A stretch of 64,000 bases of DNA from Macrostomum lignano (lineage: Eukaryota): NCBI GenBank assembly GCA_002269645.1, contig NIVC01001814.1, forward strand, positions 1 through 64,000, written 5' to 3'. A program made the translations under genes and the position numbers. Below the pieces are notes generated by a model that saw only the letters and a program-made list of their open reading frames with translations, ran no database searches and was not told the origin of the DNA. Each line of letters starts with the position of its first letter. Positions within the stretch are counted from its first letter, which is position 1. This document shows, one piece after another, positions 14,432 through 25,690 of the stretch.

Positions 14432-14755
14432 TACTAGTGTATGTGTGGTTACATAGACCGTTGTTCTGACAATGCGTTAGGTGGACCAATTAGTTATGGT
14501 TAGAAAATCGGGGAACCAGCTTAATTTGAGACGCTTGGAAAATACTGTTGCCTTTTTAATTTCAAAAGGTCTTCAATTCGAGTAAATTAAACTATTCGAA
14601 CTATGTTGTTAGGTAGACCAGGTTTAAACGGACCTTTAGAACATGATGGTGTACGTGGACCAATATACTGTGGACCAATATAAAAATCTAGAGCAACGAA
14701 GATTTTTAACAGTTTTAACAGTTAGATCTAAATTTGCAGCGGTCTCAGTGGCGAC

Positions 14756-14943
14756 TTATTTCACGTCCGTAAAAAATCCAAAGCAGTGAACACAAGGAAG
14801 ATAGGTGTGTACTTCCGTAGACTCCATGGTCACGCTTTTCTCCCGACAGACAATAATTTTACCGTCCTTTTCATCCTTCAGTACAGCAATATTGTGATGA
14901 AAATCGCCTAGAAGTCGCAGTCTGTCCATCTCCCGATTGTAAC
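14756..14943 (-). CDS. Element gene, last visible exon (GYNREMDRLRLLGDFHHNIAVLKDEKDGKIIVCREK...YLPCVHCFGFFTDVK*)
   Basis: CTGTTAG acceptor is in phase 1 with the G|GTAAG donor at 15242/15241 (298-bp intron). Motifs LRxxGxFxHN and YLPCxxCxGFF. Ends in a premature-looking stop. Confidence 0.7.
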
Positions 14944-15241
14944 CTAACAGAGAAATTAAAAAAGGCAGCCAATTAAATATAAATCTTTACGATCACAACA
15001 AAAAAGAATCAATCGATCTGACAGTTTAAATCATGCATATAGAGGCGTTCAAATAAAACTATTGTGCCAAACTGAAGCACGAGTAAATTCTGACTTGCTT
15101 CAGACAAAATTTGAAAGAATTAGTTTTCATTTTAAAAAACTAAAACCTAACCATTTAGATCAAACTATAAATATCCAAATACTAAAACCAGTGGACTATT
15201 TATTCAGTTTTGATGTAAGAAGCATATTCACTTAGGCTTAC

Positions 15242-16059
15242 CATTAGAATTAGAACCATAAGATAGCGCGCGCTGCACGTCCACTTGATCACTATGACAA
15301 CGAATAATATGCCGGCGTATTTTAGAAAACAGCTCATTACAGAAAACGCAATTATGACGCTTATTCTCAAATGATCGGCCCTTCATCTTCTTCTGTGCAT
15401 TCGACTCCAATTTTTCATTTTCGTCAGCAATCATTTGAAGAGCTGGATGTAGATCCGACGACAGCTCCTCGAGCTCGACGTCACCAAAGTCGAATTCAGG
15501 CACATCATCTACATTGCCAGAGGCAGCACTTTCTTCCACACAGGAATTCATCACCTTCTCAAACTCTACTTCGTCATCGAAATCACTCTCTTCGCTTTCG
15601 TTGCTGTCATCTAAGTCAACTTTTAATTTTTTTAATCGACAACCACCAAATCGCAACTTATTCATAACACGACTTCTAAGAGCAGACAGCCTTGAATTCG
15701 AAACTTCATTCGTCAACGGAACATTCGTCGTCGTAGACTGCTTTAAGGGAGAACGTCCAGATGAAGAATTCGGGAGCGCCAAGACACCAGGACTGCTCTT
15801 CTTGTCTCCAGGATGATTTTTCCGGGTTTGTCCAGCAGCCGCTGCCTCTTGAGTAGCTCTCGTCACCCTGGCCGATGCTGAGAGCTGTTCACGCGACTTA
15901 TGAACGGAAGTCGTCTTCTTCGTAGCCGCCTTCTCTACACTCGACTCATCGCGAGATGCACACGGTTCGCTGTCGCCAGCGTCAGCATCAGCAGAAGATC
16001 CCTCTGCTTGTGGGATGGTCACGTCGCTGCCCATCTGCACAATGATTGATTTTGATGAA
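15242..16059 (-). CDS. Element gene exon: Ser/acidic low-complexity region plus C2H2-like motif (CVFCNELFSKIRRHIIRCHSDQVDVQRAL)
   Basis: Open frame of ~270 aa bounded by an AG acceptor and a GTAAG donor; CxxC-x8-RH-x4-H motif. Confidence 0.7.
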
Positions 16060-16079
16060 CTAATGTAAACATATTATGA

Positions 16080-16525
16080 CTCAATGAGGGTTTAGCTGGA
16101 CCCCATGTCTGAAAGTATGTTTGGCAGTCGATGCTTCAAGCACCCACAGTCAATGTGAACGACATTTAATGAGGGTTTAGCTGGACCCCATGTCTGAAAG
16201 TATGTTTGGCAGTCGGTGCTTGAAGCACCCACAGTCAATGTGAAACATTCAATGAGGGTTTAGCTGGACCCCATGTCTGAAAGTATGTTTGGCAGTCGAT
16301 GCTTGAAGCACCCACAGTCAATGTGAACGACATTCAATGAGGGTTTAGCTGGACCCCATGTCTGAAAGTATGTTTGGCAGTCGGTGCTTGAAGCATCCAC
16401 ACTCAATGTGAACGACAATCAATGAGGGTTTAGCTGGACCCCATGTCTGAAAGTATGTTTGGCAGTCGGTGCTTGAAGCATCCACACTCAATGTGAAACA
16501 TTCAATGAGGGTTTAGCTGGACCCG
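16080..16525. repeat. 83/85-bp tandem repeat, block 1, inside the element
   Basis: Unit CAATGAGGGTTTAGCTGGACCCCATGTCTGAAAGTATGTTTGGCAGTCG[G/A]TGCTTGAAGCACCCACAGTCAATGTGAA(CG)ACATT. Confidence 0.93.
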
Positions 16526-16526
16526 C

Positions 16527-17135
16527 GACAAATATGCTGAAATTTGATTGACTGTGCTGACTTGGCATACGTCATGATAAAGTTTGCTTTTTTACAATCG
16601 AAACTAAGACATTGAAAGCTGCAGCATTTTTTGGCCCAATAAAAATGATATTCATTAAGTAAAGCGAATGCACTCTTCCAGCGTTAGTGTAACTCAACTC
16701 AGCAATGCTCACCGATTCAAAATGCTGACGCTGTGGTGACGGTTTCCGGTCTTGTATTTTGTTAGCAGATGACGTGATCATGAGATCAGCAGCACTTGAG
16801 TCGGATTCCTCAACCATAGCATTCTCCTTCGATGACTGGAGCGCCAAGGTACTAGGAGAGCTCTTCTTGTCTCCAGGATGGTTTTTCCGGGTTTGTCCAG
16901 CAGCCGCTGCCTCTTGAGTAGCTCTCGTCACCCTGGCCGATGCTGAGAGCTGTTCACGCGACTTATGAACGGAAGTCGTCTTCTTCGTAGCCGCCTTCTC
17001 TACACTCGACTCATCGCGAGATGCACACGGTTCGCTGTCGCCAGCGTCAGCATCAGCAGAAGATCCCTCTGCTTGTGGGATGGTCACGTCGCTGCCCATC
17101 TGCACAATGATTGATTTTGATGAACTAATGTAAAC
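16527..17135 (-). pseudogene. Duplicated element exon block, copy B (QMGSDVTIPQAE...KQTLS)
   Basis: First ~85 codons are near-identical to the 16059 exon; near-identical to copy C. Confidence 0.75.
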
Positions 17136-17144
17136 ATATTATGA

Positions 17145-18008
17145 CTCAATGAGGATTCAGCTGGACCCCATGTCTGAAAGTATGTTTGGCAGTCGGTGCT
17201 TGAAGCACCCACACTCAATGTGAACGACATTCAATGAGGGTTTAGCTGGACCCCATGTCTGAAAGTATGTTTGGCAGTCGATGCTTGAAGCACCCACAGT
17301 CAATGTGAAACATTCAATGAGGGTTTAGCTGGACCCCATGTCTGAAAGTATGTTTGGCAGTCGGTGCTTGAAGCATCCACACTCAATGTGAACGACAATC
17401 AATGAGGGTTTAGCTGGACCCCATGTCTGAAAGTATGTTTGGCAGTCGGTGCTTGAAGCATCCACACTCAATGTGAACGACAATCAATGAGGGTTTAGCT
17501 GGACCCCATGTCTGAAAGTATGTTTGGCAGTCGGTGCTTGAAGCACCCACAGTCAATGTGAACGACATTCAATGAGGGTTTAGCTGGACCCCATGTCTGA
17601 AAGTATATTTGGCAGTCGGTGCTTGAAGCACCCACAGTCAATGTGAACGACATTCAATGAGGGTTTAGCTGGACCCCATGTCTGAAAGTATGTTTGGCAG
17701 TCGGTGCTTGAAGCACCCACAGTCAATGTGAAACATTCAATGAGGGTTTAGCTGGACCCCATGTCTGAAAGTATGTTTGGCAGTCGATGCTTGAAGCACC
17801 CACAGTCAATGTGAAACATTCAATGAGGGTTTAGCTGGACCCCATGTCTGAAAGTATGTTTGGCAGTCGATGCTTGAAGCACCCACAGTCAATGTGAAAC
17901 ATTCAATGAGGGTTTAGCTGGACCCCATGTCTGAAAGTATGTTTGGTAGTCGATGCTTGAAGCACCCACAGTCAATGTGAAACATTCAATGAGGGTTTAG
18001 CTGGACCC
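17145..18008. repeat. 83/85-bp tandem repeat, block 2
   Basis: Same unit as block 1, ~10 copies. Confidence 0.93.
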
Positions 18009-18009
18009 G

Positions 18010-18612
18010 CGACAAATATGCTGAAATTTGATTGACTGTGCTGACTTGGCATACGTCATGATAAAGTTTGTTTTTTTACAATCGAAACTAAGACATTGAA
18101 AGCTGCAGCATTTTTTGGCCCAATAAAAATGATATTCATTAAGTAAAGCGAATGCACTCTTCCAGCGTTAGTGTAACTCAACTCAGCAATGCTCACCGAT
18201 TCAAAATGCTGACGCTGTGGTGACGGTTTCCGGTCTTGTATTTTGTTAGCAGATGACGTGATCATGAGATCAGCAGCACTTGAGTCGGATTCCTCAACCA
18301 TAGCATTCTCCTTCGATGACTGGAGCGCCAAGGTACTAGGAGAGCTCTTCTTGTCTCCAGGATGGTTTTTCCGGGTTTGTCCAGCAGCCGCTGCCTCTTG
18401 AGTAGCTCTCGTCACCCTGGCCGATGCTGAGAGCTGTTCACGCGACTTATGAACGGAAGTCGTCTTCTTCGTAGCCGCCTTCTCTACACTCGACTCATCG
18501 CGAGATGCACACGGTTCGCTGTCGCCAGCGTCAGCATCAGCAGAAGATCCCTCTGCTTGTGGGATGGTCACGTCGCTGCCCATCTGCACAATGATTGATT
18601 TTGATGAACTAC
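18010..18612 (-). pseudogene. Duplicated element exon block, copy C
   Basis: Translation identical to copy B over the shared span. Confidence 0.75.
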
Positions 18613-18661
18613 TCAATGTACTCATATGTACTCATTGATACTCAATGTAAACATATTATGA

Positions 18662-19698
18662 CTCAATGAGGATTCAGCTGGACCCCATGTCTGAAAGTAT
18701 GTTTGGCAGTCGGTGCTTGAAGCATCCACACTCAATGTGAACGACATTCAATGAGGGTTTAGCTGGACCCCATGTCTGAAAGTATGTTTGGCAGTCGATG
18801 CTTGAAGCACCCACAGTCAATGTGAAACATTCAATGAGGGTTTAGCTGGACCCCATGTCTGAAAGTATGTTTGGCAGTCGGTGCTTGAAGTATCCACACT
18901 CAATGTAAAACATTCAATGAGGGTTTAGCTGGACCCCATGTCTGAAAGTATGTTTGGCAGTCGGTGCTTGAAGCATCCACACTCAATGTGAACGACATTC
19001 AATGAGGGTTTAGCTGGACCCCATGTCTGAAAGTATGTTTGGCAGTCGATGCTTGAAGCACCCACAGTCAATGTGAAACATTCAATGAGGGTTTAGCTGG
19101 ACCCCATGTCTGAAAGTATGTTTGGCAGTCGGTGCTTGAAGCATCCACACTCAATGTGAACGACAATCAATGAGGGTTTAGCTGGACCCCATGTCTGAAA
19201 GTATGTTTGGCAGTCGGTGCTTGAAGCATCCACACTCAATGTGAACGACAATCAATGAGGGTTTAGCTGGACCCCATGTCTGAAAGTATGTTTGGCAGTC
19301 GGTGCTTGAAGCACCCACAGTCAATGTGAACGACAATCAATGAGGGTTTAGCTGGACCCCATGTCTGAAAGTATGTTTGGCAGTCGATGCTTGAAGCACC
19401 CACAGTCAATGTGAACGACATTTAATGAGGGTTTAGCTGGACCCCATGTCTGAAAGTATGTTTGGCAGTCGGTGCTTGAAGCACCCACAGTCAATGTGAA
19501 ACATTCAATGAGGGTTTAGCTGGACCCCATGTCTGAAAGTATGTTTGGCAGTCGATGCTTGAAGCACCCACAGTCAATGTGAACGACATTCAATGAGGGT
19601 TTAGCTGGACCCCATGTCTGAAAGTCTGTTTGGCAGTCGATGCTTGAAGCACCCACAGTCAATGTGAACGACATTCAATGAAGGTTTAGCTGGACCCC
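18662..19698. repeat. 83/85-bp tandem repeat, block 3
   Basis: Same unit, ~12 copies. Confidence 0.93.
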
Positions 19699-19962
19699 AC
19701 CTCTCAGATTGGAATGCTTTCGAATGAAATCGTGCCTTAAGATTCGATTGCGGAATGAAGTGGCATACATCTAAGTAACAGTTAAGTCAGGAGTTCCTAC
19801 CGTCATCGTTTTCTGCTGCTCGTTCGGCGGGAAGCATTTTTCTGGAATGTTTTGAGTTTGGTAGATTTTGAAAGAGAGTTAGATTGTCATTTTTTATCTG
19901 ACACAAGTTAGACGGTCAATTATTTAATAAGATTATTACACGTGATGACTAAAAATTCTTAC

Positions 19963-20293
19963 CGCAAGATGAATGCAGACTTTGAATCACACTTGTTGGT
20001 ATGTTGCTTCGTGGCTCCCAAGACTTTTGATTGCTAAAATATGAAAGCACTGTTTATTAGCCGAACCGATATGGCCGTATGGAAACAACTCTTAGTATAT
20101 ATAATAAATAGAGTGCAGTGGTGAATAAGTCTTTTGAAACTCACCTTGAATATCCTTTCCACTTTATGTAGAGCTTCCTTTTCGTGCACTTGATAATCCT
20201 TTCAACGTAGAAACGCCTACTAGCTTGGGGCTTTTTTTCTGCATGCTGGCGTGTTAAGGACAACCAGTTGGCAGAACCAACTTGTGAGGCCAA
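19963..20293 (-). CDS. Two exons (20293-20145, 20033-19963) encoding a chromodomain: RFYVERIIKCTKRKLYIKWKGYSSNQKSWEPRSNIPTSVIQ
   Basis: Canonical AG|GTGAGT donor and TTTTAG acceptor in matching phase 2. Chromodomain consensus F/YxVExI...YxxKWKGY....SWEPxxN. Not in the ORF track because it is spliced. Confidence 0.8.
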
Positions 20294-21387
20294 CTAATTC
20301 AAGTTAAAGTCTTGTTTGAGGTTGGGAATTGGTGTCTGTTTTTGTGATTAGGAAGATGTTTACGTTGACCCTCTATTTCAGACCCTCGACCTTGATGATT
20401 AAGCCAGCTACAGACCAATAAGAGCCCTTCGGAGGGAGAGAGGGAAATGACCAACGTTCAAACGGACGGACAGTAAGGAATGAAAGTTAAACCACCCCAT
20501 TCTTGACTGTCCGTTTAAGCACAGGATTGGCTGATGAGCTTTGGGGTTTGCTTGGACCTCAGTCAGGATGGTTCGGCTTTTAAGTTTCATTATCCAGCCC
20601 TATCCTATCGGTTGCCGAAGCTGTAAACGTTTGAATATAAAGCACACAAACTATTTTAGGAGTCCGTGCTGTAAGCAAGGCTCTTGTCTTTATGTCTCCT
20701 TAAATTAAGCAATGCTGCAAATGCAGCATGAGAAATTATGTAGTCATGCATAGCCTTCAATCTAGGTTCTCTAAAATCAACACTTGATGAAGCATTTATT
20801 CCAAGTATGATAGCGACAGGACTATTAGTGAACAGTTTTGTTTCAGAAACCACAAGTAATAAATAAAACCATCTCGTGAATTTTTAGTCATTATGGGCTA
20901 CATCGGAGCTTCGTTTGTAGCAGAAACTTCAATTTTACGAGCTATTTTACATTCCAATCACTTCGGCCTGTTTAGTAAGCTTGCTTCTGCAACTAAAAAA
21001 TGCCACAATGTGCTTAAACACGCATTTTAAAGAGCTATATCATAAAAAAATAAGTTTTCATACAAACAAAACATACACTATGTATGTGTGAAATTTGTCT
21101 GTTTTCGGGTTAGGTGGACCTCAGCGATGTGGTTTGGGTGGACTGTGTTAAAGGTCCTTGTAAACTAAAATACTCAATACTTAAAATCTAAACTACTTTA
21201 AGTAGAGGGACTTTGGCCACAGTAATGGCTGCCTTTCAGACTATGCAGTCAGTCAAGATAAACCCTCTCTGTACTTCCCATCGAGGAAATTTAAAGTGGT
21301 CCACTTAAAGGGTCCATGTAATCGAAAGGTCCCGCTAACGAGGCTTTTAAACCGACGGAGAGTCTACGCAAACACACATACACTAAC

Positions 21388-21764
<377 letters not shown>

Positions 21765-21876
21765 AATCCAGTAACCATCATCTACTACTGAAATTGTCAA
21801 TAGCATGGAGTCAGTAGTGCGTCAAGCTCTGGAGCTCTGGGCTTGTGGTTGAAGCCGGCTGGGAGGACTCACTCAC

Positions 21877-21959
21877 CCCTGGGAGGATGCGGCTACCGTG
21901 CAACAGGCTCTGGCACTGCTGGGCGCTCTCCGGCTGGCTGTAGGTGAGAAAGGCGCAGC
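21877..21959 (-). CDS. CELF: CELF/Bruno-like gene, exon 2 (GCAFLTYSQPESAQQCQSLLHGSRILPG)
   Basis: TTTCAG acceptor, GGG|GTGAGT donor, 83 bp. Contains RNP1 GCAFLTY and is in phase with exons 1 and 3. Confidence 0.92.
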
Positions 21960-22677
21960 CTGAAATTCCGGTGGTCAAAGAAAAATCTTCACAAAATTAT
22001 TTTGGGCGTAAGAAATATCGCTCGAGAGGGGGTTGGTGGAAGACCAGATTCTAGGGGGCGGAGGACCAGCAATGGAGGGCGGAAGACCAACATTGGAGGG
22101 CGGAAGACCGATTTCTCAGAACAATAGTGTTGCAGCCACAATAGCTTCGGACGTCATTGCTAAAATAGATCATTGAAAAATCGAACACTAATTTTAGCTA
22201 GCTGGCTTGCATAAAATTTTCTTCTAAAAGTGGAAAGCTGGATGGATTCGTACCCTAGCCTGAATTGTTTGACCCAGACATAGGAAAATTGCTTGAAAGG
22301 CTTGTAATAAAGTTTTTGGAGTAATGACGGCTATGACTTTGCGGCCGCAAAGGGTTCATCATGCGGTACGATTGTCATGGGTTAGAATTTTATCTACACA
22401 CACTGGTACAGATCGCGGACAATGAAACCAGACACAGTTCTGTACAGCGCTGCTAGGGCCCGCAGTTGCACAGACTGCAATAATAGGACGTATCGATCAT
22501 GTCCTTGGCATCAAGTTTAAAGTGGAAGAGAACTGGTTATACGCGATGATTACTTTCCGCTGTGTCTGTCGCTCAGCCACTCTCTCTCTCCGCTCATTCG
22601 ATCCAATGTTGACACAACTCCATTCAGCCCCGTATCCTGCGTCTCGTGTTTGCCTGGGGTCTGCGACAGTTTCTGAA

Positions 22678-23408
22678 ACAGTCCCGTAGCCTGGCTGGGA
22701 CTGCTATGCCCTGCATCATGTCCAGACATGCAGTCAGCAACAGTCCCGTAGCCTGGTTGGGACTGCTATGCCCTGCATCATGTCCAGCCATGCAGTCAGC
22801 AACAGTCCCGTAGCCTGGTTGGGACTGCTATGCCCTGCATCATGTCCAGACATGCAGTCAGCAACAATCCCGTAGCCTGGCTGGGACTGCTATGCCCTGC
22901 ATCATGTCCAGACATGCAGTCAGCAACAGTCCCGTAGCCTGGTTGGGACTGCTATGTTCTGCATCAAGTCCAGCCATGCAGTCAGCAACAGTCCCGTAGC
23001 CTGGTTGGGACTGCTATGTTCTGCAGCAAGTCCAGACATGCAGTCAGCAACAGTCCCGTAGCCTGGTTGGGACTGCTATGCTCTGCAGCAAGTCCAGACA
23101 TGCAGTCAGCAACAGTCCCGTAGCCTGGCTGGGACTGCTATGTTCTGCATCATATCCAGCCATGCAGTCAGCAACAGTCCCGTAGCCTGGTTGGGACTGC
23201 TATGTTCTGCATCATGTCCAGCCATGCAGTCAGCAACAGTCCCGTAGCCTGGCTGGGACTGCTATGCTCTGCATCATGTCCAGCCATGCAGTCAGCAACA
23301 GTCCCGTAGCCTGACTGGGACTGCTATGTTCTGCATCATGTCCAGCCATGCAGTCAGCAACAGTCCCGTAGCCTGGCTGGGACTGCTATGTTCTGCAGCA
23401 AGTCCAGT
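22678..23408. repeat. 62-bp tandem repeat with internal inverted repeats, ~12 copies
   Basis: Period measured from 22681 to 22743. Confidence 0.93.
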
Positions 23409-24199
23409 CTGCTCGAATATCCCATGCATTGACAGCTCTTCATTAGTCATTTGCGGATTCATTATCAGTCATTTTTTTCAAACATTTGTTTCATTAAGCG
23501 CCTCTTGTCAGGAATCTGGGAATGAATTTGAACGGATTCAGTAATTCGAAGATTCTATATTTAAGCATAAACGGAGGCATATACGAGCTATGTAGATAGC
23601 AGCTGTTCAAAAACACTCTCCAGATGTCGCTGTAAGCCTCTCAGCTCTGAGTGTCCATTATAGTAACTCAACAGATGACATCTGCGATTATCGAAGCCCC
23701 CCACCCACAGAGGAAGAAGTGTGAAGGTAAGGGGTAAAAGGAAGGGCAAGAAGGATGGGGACTTGACCCCTAGGGGGAGTGGGAAGCGGGCACGCAGCGG
23801 TGTGTGCTGATATTGAATATTCATGAGCTGGGCAGCGGGCAGCGGACATAGAAAGAGATCAGCGCGCCTGCAGGGAAAGCGTCTAATATGGGCGCGCAAG
23901 CATTATCACCTCGCTCACGAAACCGTAAGTCCACCATGCATAGCCAAATACAGCTCTGGAACTCCCACGGGCATTTCTGTCTATATAGGCGAGTGTGGAA
24001 TTGAGCTATAAAAGGCTTTTCGAGCTTGTGAAACACCCCTCGTCGTCCCTCAAGCAGGCAGTCTGGAAAGCAGCACAGATCAAGGATGCAAAATAAACTG
24101 AGCAGGGTTAAATTGGCTTCGAGGTCTGTTGCAACTATTCCAGCCCCCAAAAAATCGATGACAAGCCCGAATGGTGCATTTTTTGAAAACTGAATCAAT

Positions 24200-24495
24200 T
24201 TAATAACAATAACAACAACAAAAATATGCTGTCAAGGTCTTTAGAAAGCAACGTGACAAGGCGCGTCTCTGGGCCAAGTCGAGAGTAAAAGCCACGCCGC
24301 CGACTGAATCCGGGGCGCCGACGTCAGCCAGCAGGCAGTCGACGAAACGCCGAGTGCACGCCTGTCCCCGATGGTAGGGTGCTTGCAGCGTCAGCAGCAG
24401 CACCTCCTGCACCGTCTGTGGGCAGTACGACTCGGCGGGAATGATGTGGCCTGCCAGCTGGAGTCGCCGACAGCGCAACAGGTGGCTTAGCCGGA
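24200..24495 (-). mobile_element. 5'-truncated RTE-like LINE 3' end
   Basis: RRLQLAGHII...RRFVDCLLADVG resembles the RTE-clade ORF C-terminus; (TTG/TTA)n tail; homologous copy at 52349-52490. Confidence 0.65.
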
Positions 24496-25161
24496 CCAGG
24501 CCGGCGCGGTATTCGTATATTATATGGTGTTCATGAACTCAGTTACTAAGACTACTGCTGAGCTTAGCTATTTATCTATCAATTGCAACGCGATCTGAAA
24601 ATCTGCAAATTTAAAGAACATATATTTATAGGCTACAATTCATCTCCGCCGATGTCTGTAGACGTACCGGTCGTCGATGGACCTTTCTGGCAAATGGGTA
24701 TTTTTACACTACGCTGATAGATGATGACGTTATTCTTGACGTCGGATTGCTGCACAGTCAAGAAATAGAGGGTCTGATTAAAAGCCACGATGGGCAAGAG
24801 AAGCAAAACGATTCTAAAAACAAAAATAGACTTGGGCAGATTGGTCAACCATTCTGTTCCTTCATCCATCGATTCCGGTCGACGCTCCATCGAAGGACTG
24901 AACCTCCAAAAACGGGGGTCTTTTAGGATATACTGGGTAGTTACTGACAGCTTATTGAAATACGTTTCTAACCCCAATTGAATCGCCGTGAGTCCGTCAG
25001 TTGGTATTACAGGATAAAATTGTATTGAGCACTGTTGTACGAGCGTAGCTTTGCTCGACATAGACAGAGACTCGACAGAAACACAAATTAAATATCGTTA
25101 CAAATCCCATAAAAAGTACACGCTCGTACATTACTTTGATACCTTATATGCAGGTTCTCAC

Positions 25162-25375
25162 CTCTGTGCAGACCACTGCGTCGGTCCTTCAGAACAGTCA
25201 GCTCCACTATGTGGCCAAACTCTTCAAACATCGGCAGTAAATCCGACTCGGTCATCGTCCTAGGAATCTGCCCGATGAACAGCTTCAGTTGCTGTTGCTG
25301 TTGTTGCTGCTTCCCAGTCGCCTGGCAAGAGACAACTGGCTCCTGTTGCTGCTGTTGACTAAGACCGGCAACCAT
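25162..25375 (-). CDS. CELF: CELF/Bruno-like gene, exon 1 (polyQ leader plus start of RRM1)
   Basis: ATG at 25375; [42 protein letters not shown] is CELF3-6-like; G|GTGAG donor. Confidence 0.92.
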
Positions 25376-25384
25376 TGCTGGAGA

Positions 25385-25690
25385 GTAGCTAGCTGCTCTT
25401 CCAGGGACTGAGTCTAGACCGATGTGTCTCCAAGCTGCTCTGCCAGGGACTGAGTCTAGACCGATGTGTCTCCAAGCTGCTCTGCCAGGGACTGAGTCTA
25501 GACCGATGTGTCTCCAAGCTGCTCTGCCAGGGACTGAGTCTAGACCGATGTGTCACCAAGCTGCTCTGCCAGGGACTGAGTCTAGACCGATGTGCCTCCA
25601 AGCTGCTCTGCCAGGGACTGAGTCTAGACCGATGTGCCTCCAAGCTGCTCTGCCAGGGACTGAGTCTAGACCGATGTGCCTCCAAAGCTG
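25385..25690. repeat. 42-bp tandem repeat (~7 copies) immediately 5' of the CELF start codon
   Basis: 14-aa periodic ORFs ([14 protein letters not shown]). Confidence 0.9.

Larger units (their letters stand above)
14435..21385 (-). mobile_element. Putative non-autonomous DNA transposon (CryptonV-like coding remnant plus chromodomain) inserted in (AGAC)n
   Basis: Left end TAGTGTATGTGTGGTTACATAGAC (14435-14458) versus reverse complement of right end TAGTGTATGTGTGTTTGCGTAGAC (21362-21385): 21/24 identical. (AGAC)n abuts both ends. Subterminal GGACC/GGTCC motifs cluster at both ends. Spliced coding exons inside. The family name comes from motif recognition, not a database search. Confidence 0.72.

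Noticed and set aside
16080-19698. Hammerhead ribozyme (retrozyme) in the 83/85-bp repeat
   Set aside because: Hairpins are present, but there is no CUGANGA core paired with GAAA on either strand.
21950-22120. CAGCCTGAAATT plus four GG[C/T]GGA[A/G]GACC motifs as a transposon end
   Set aside because: The first part is simply the CELF exon 2 splice acceptor, and no partner terminus was found for the short repeats.
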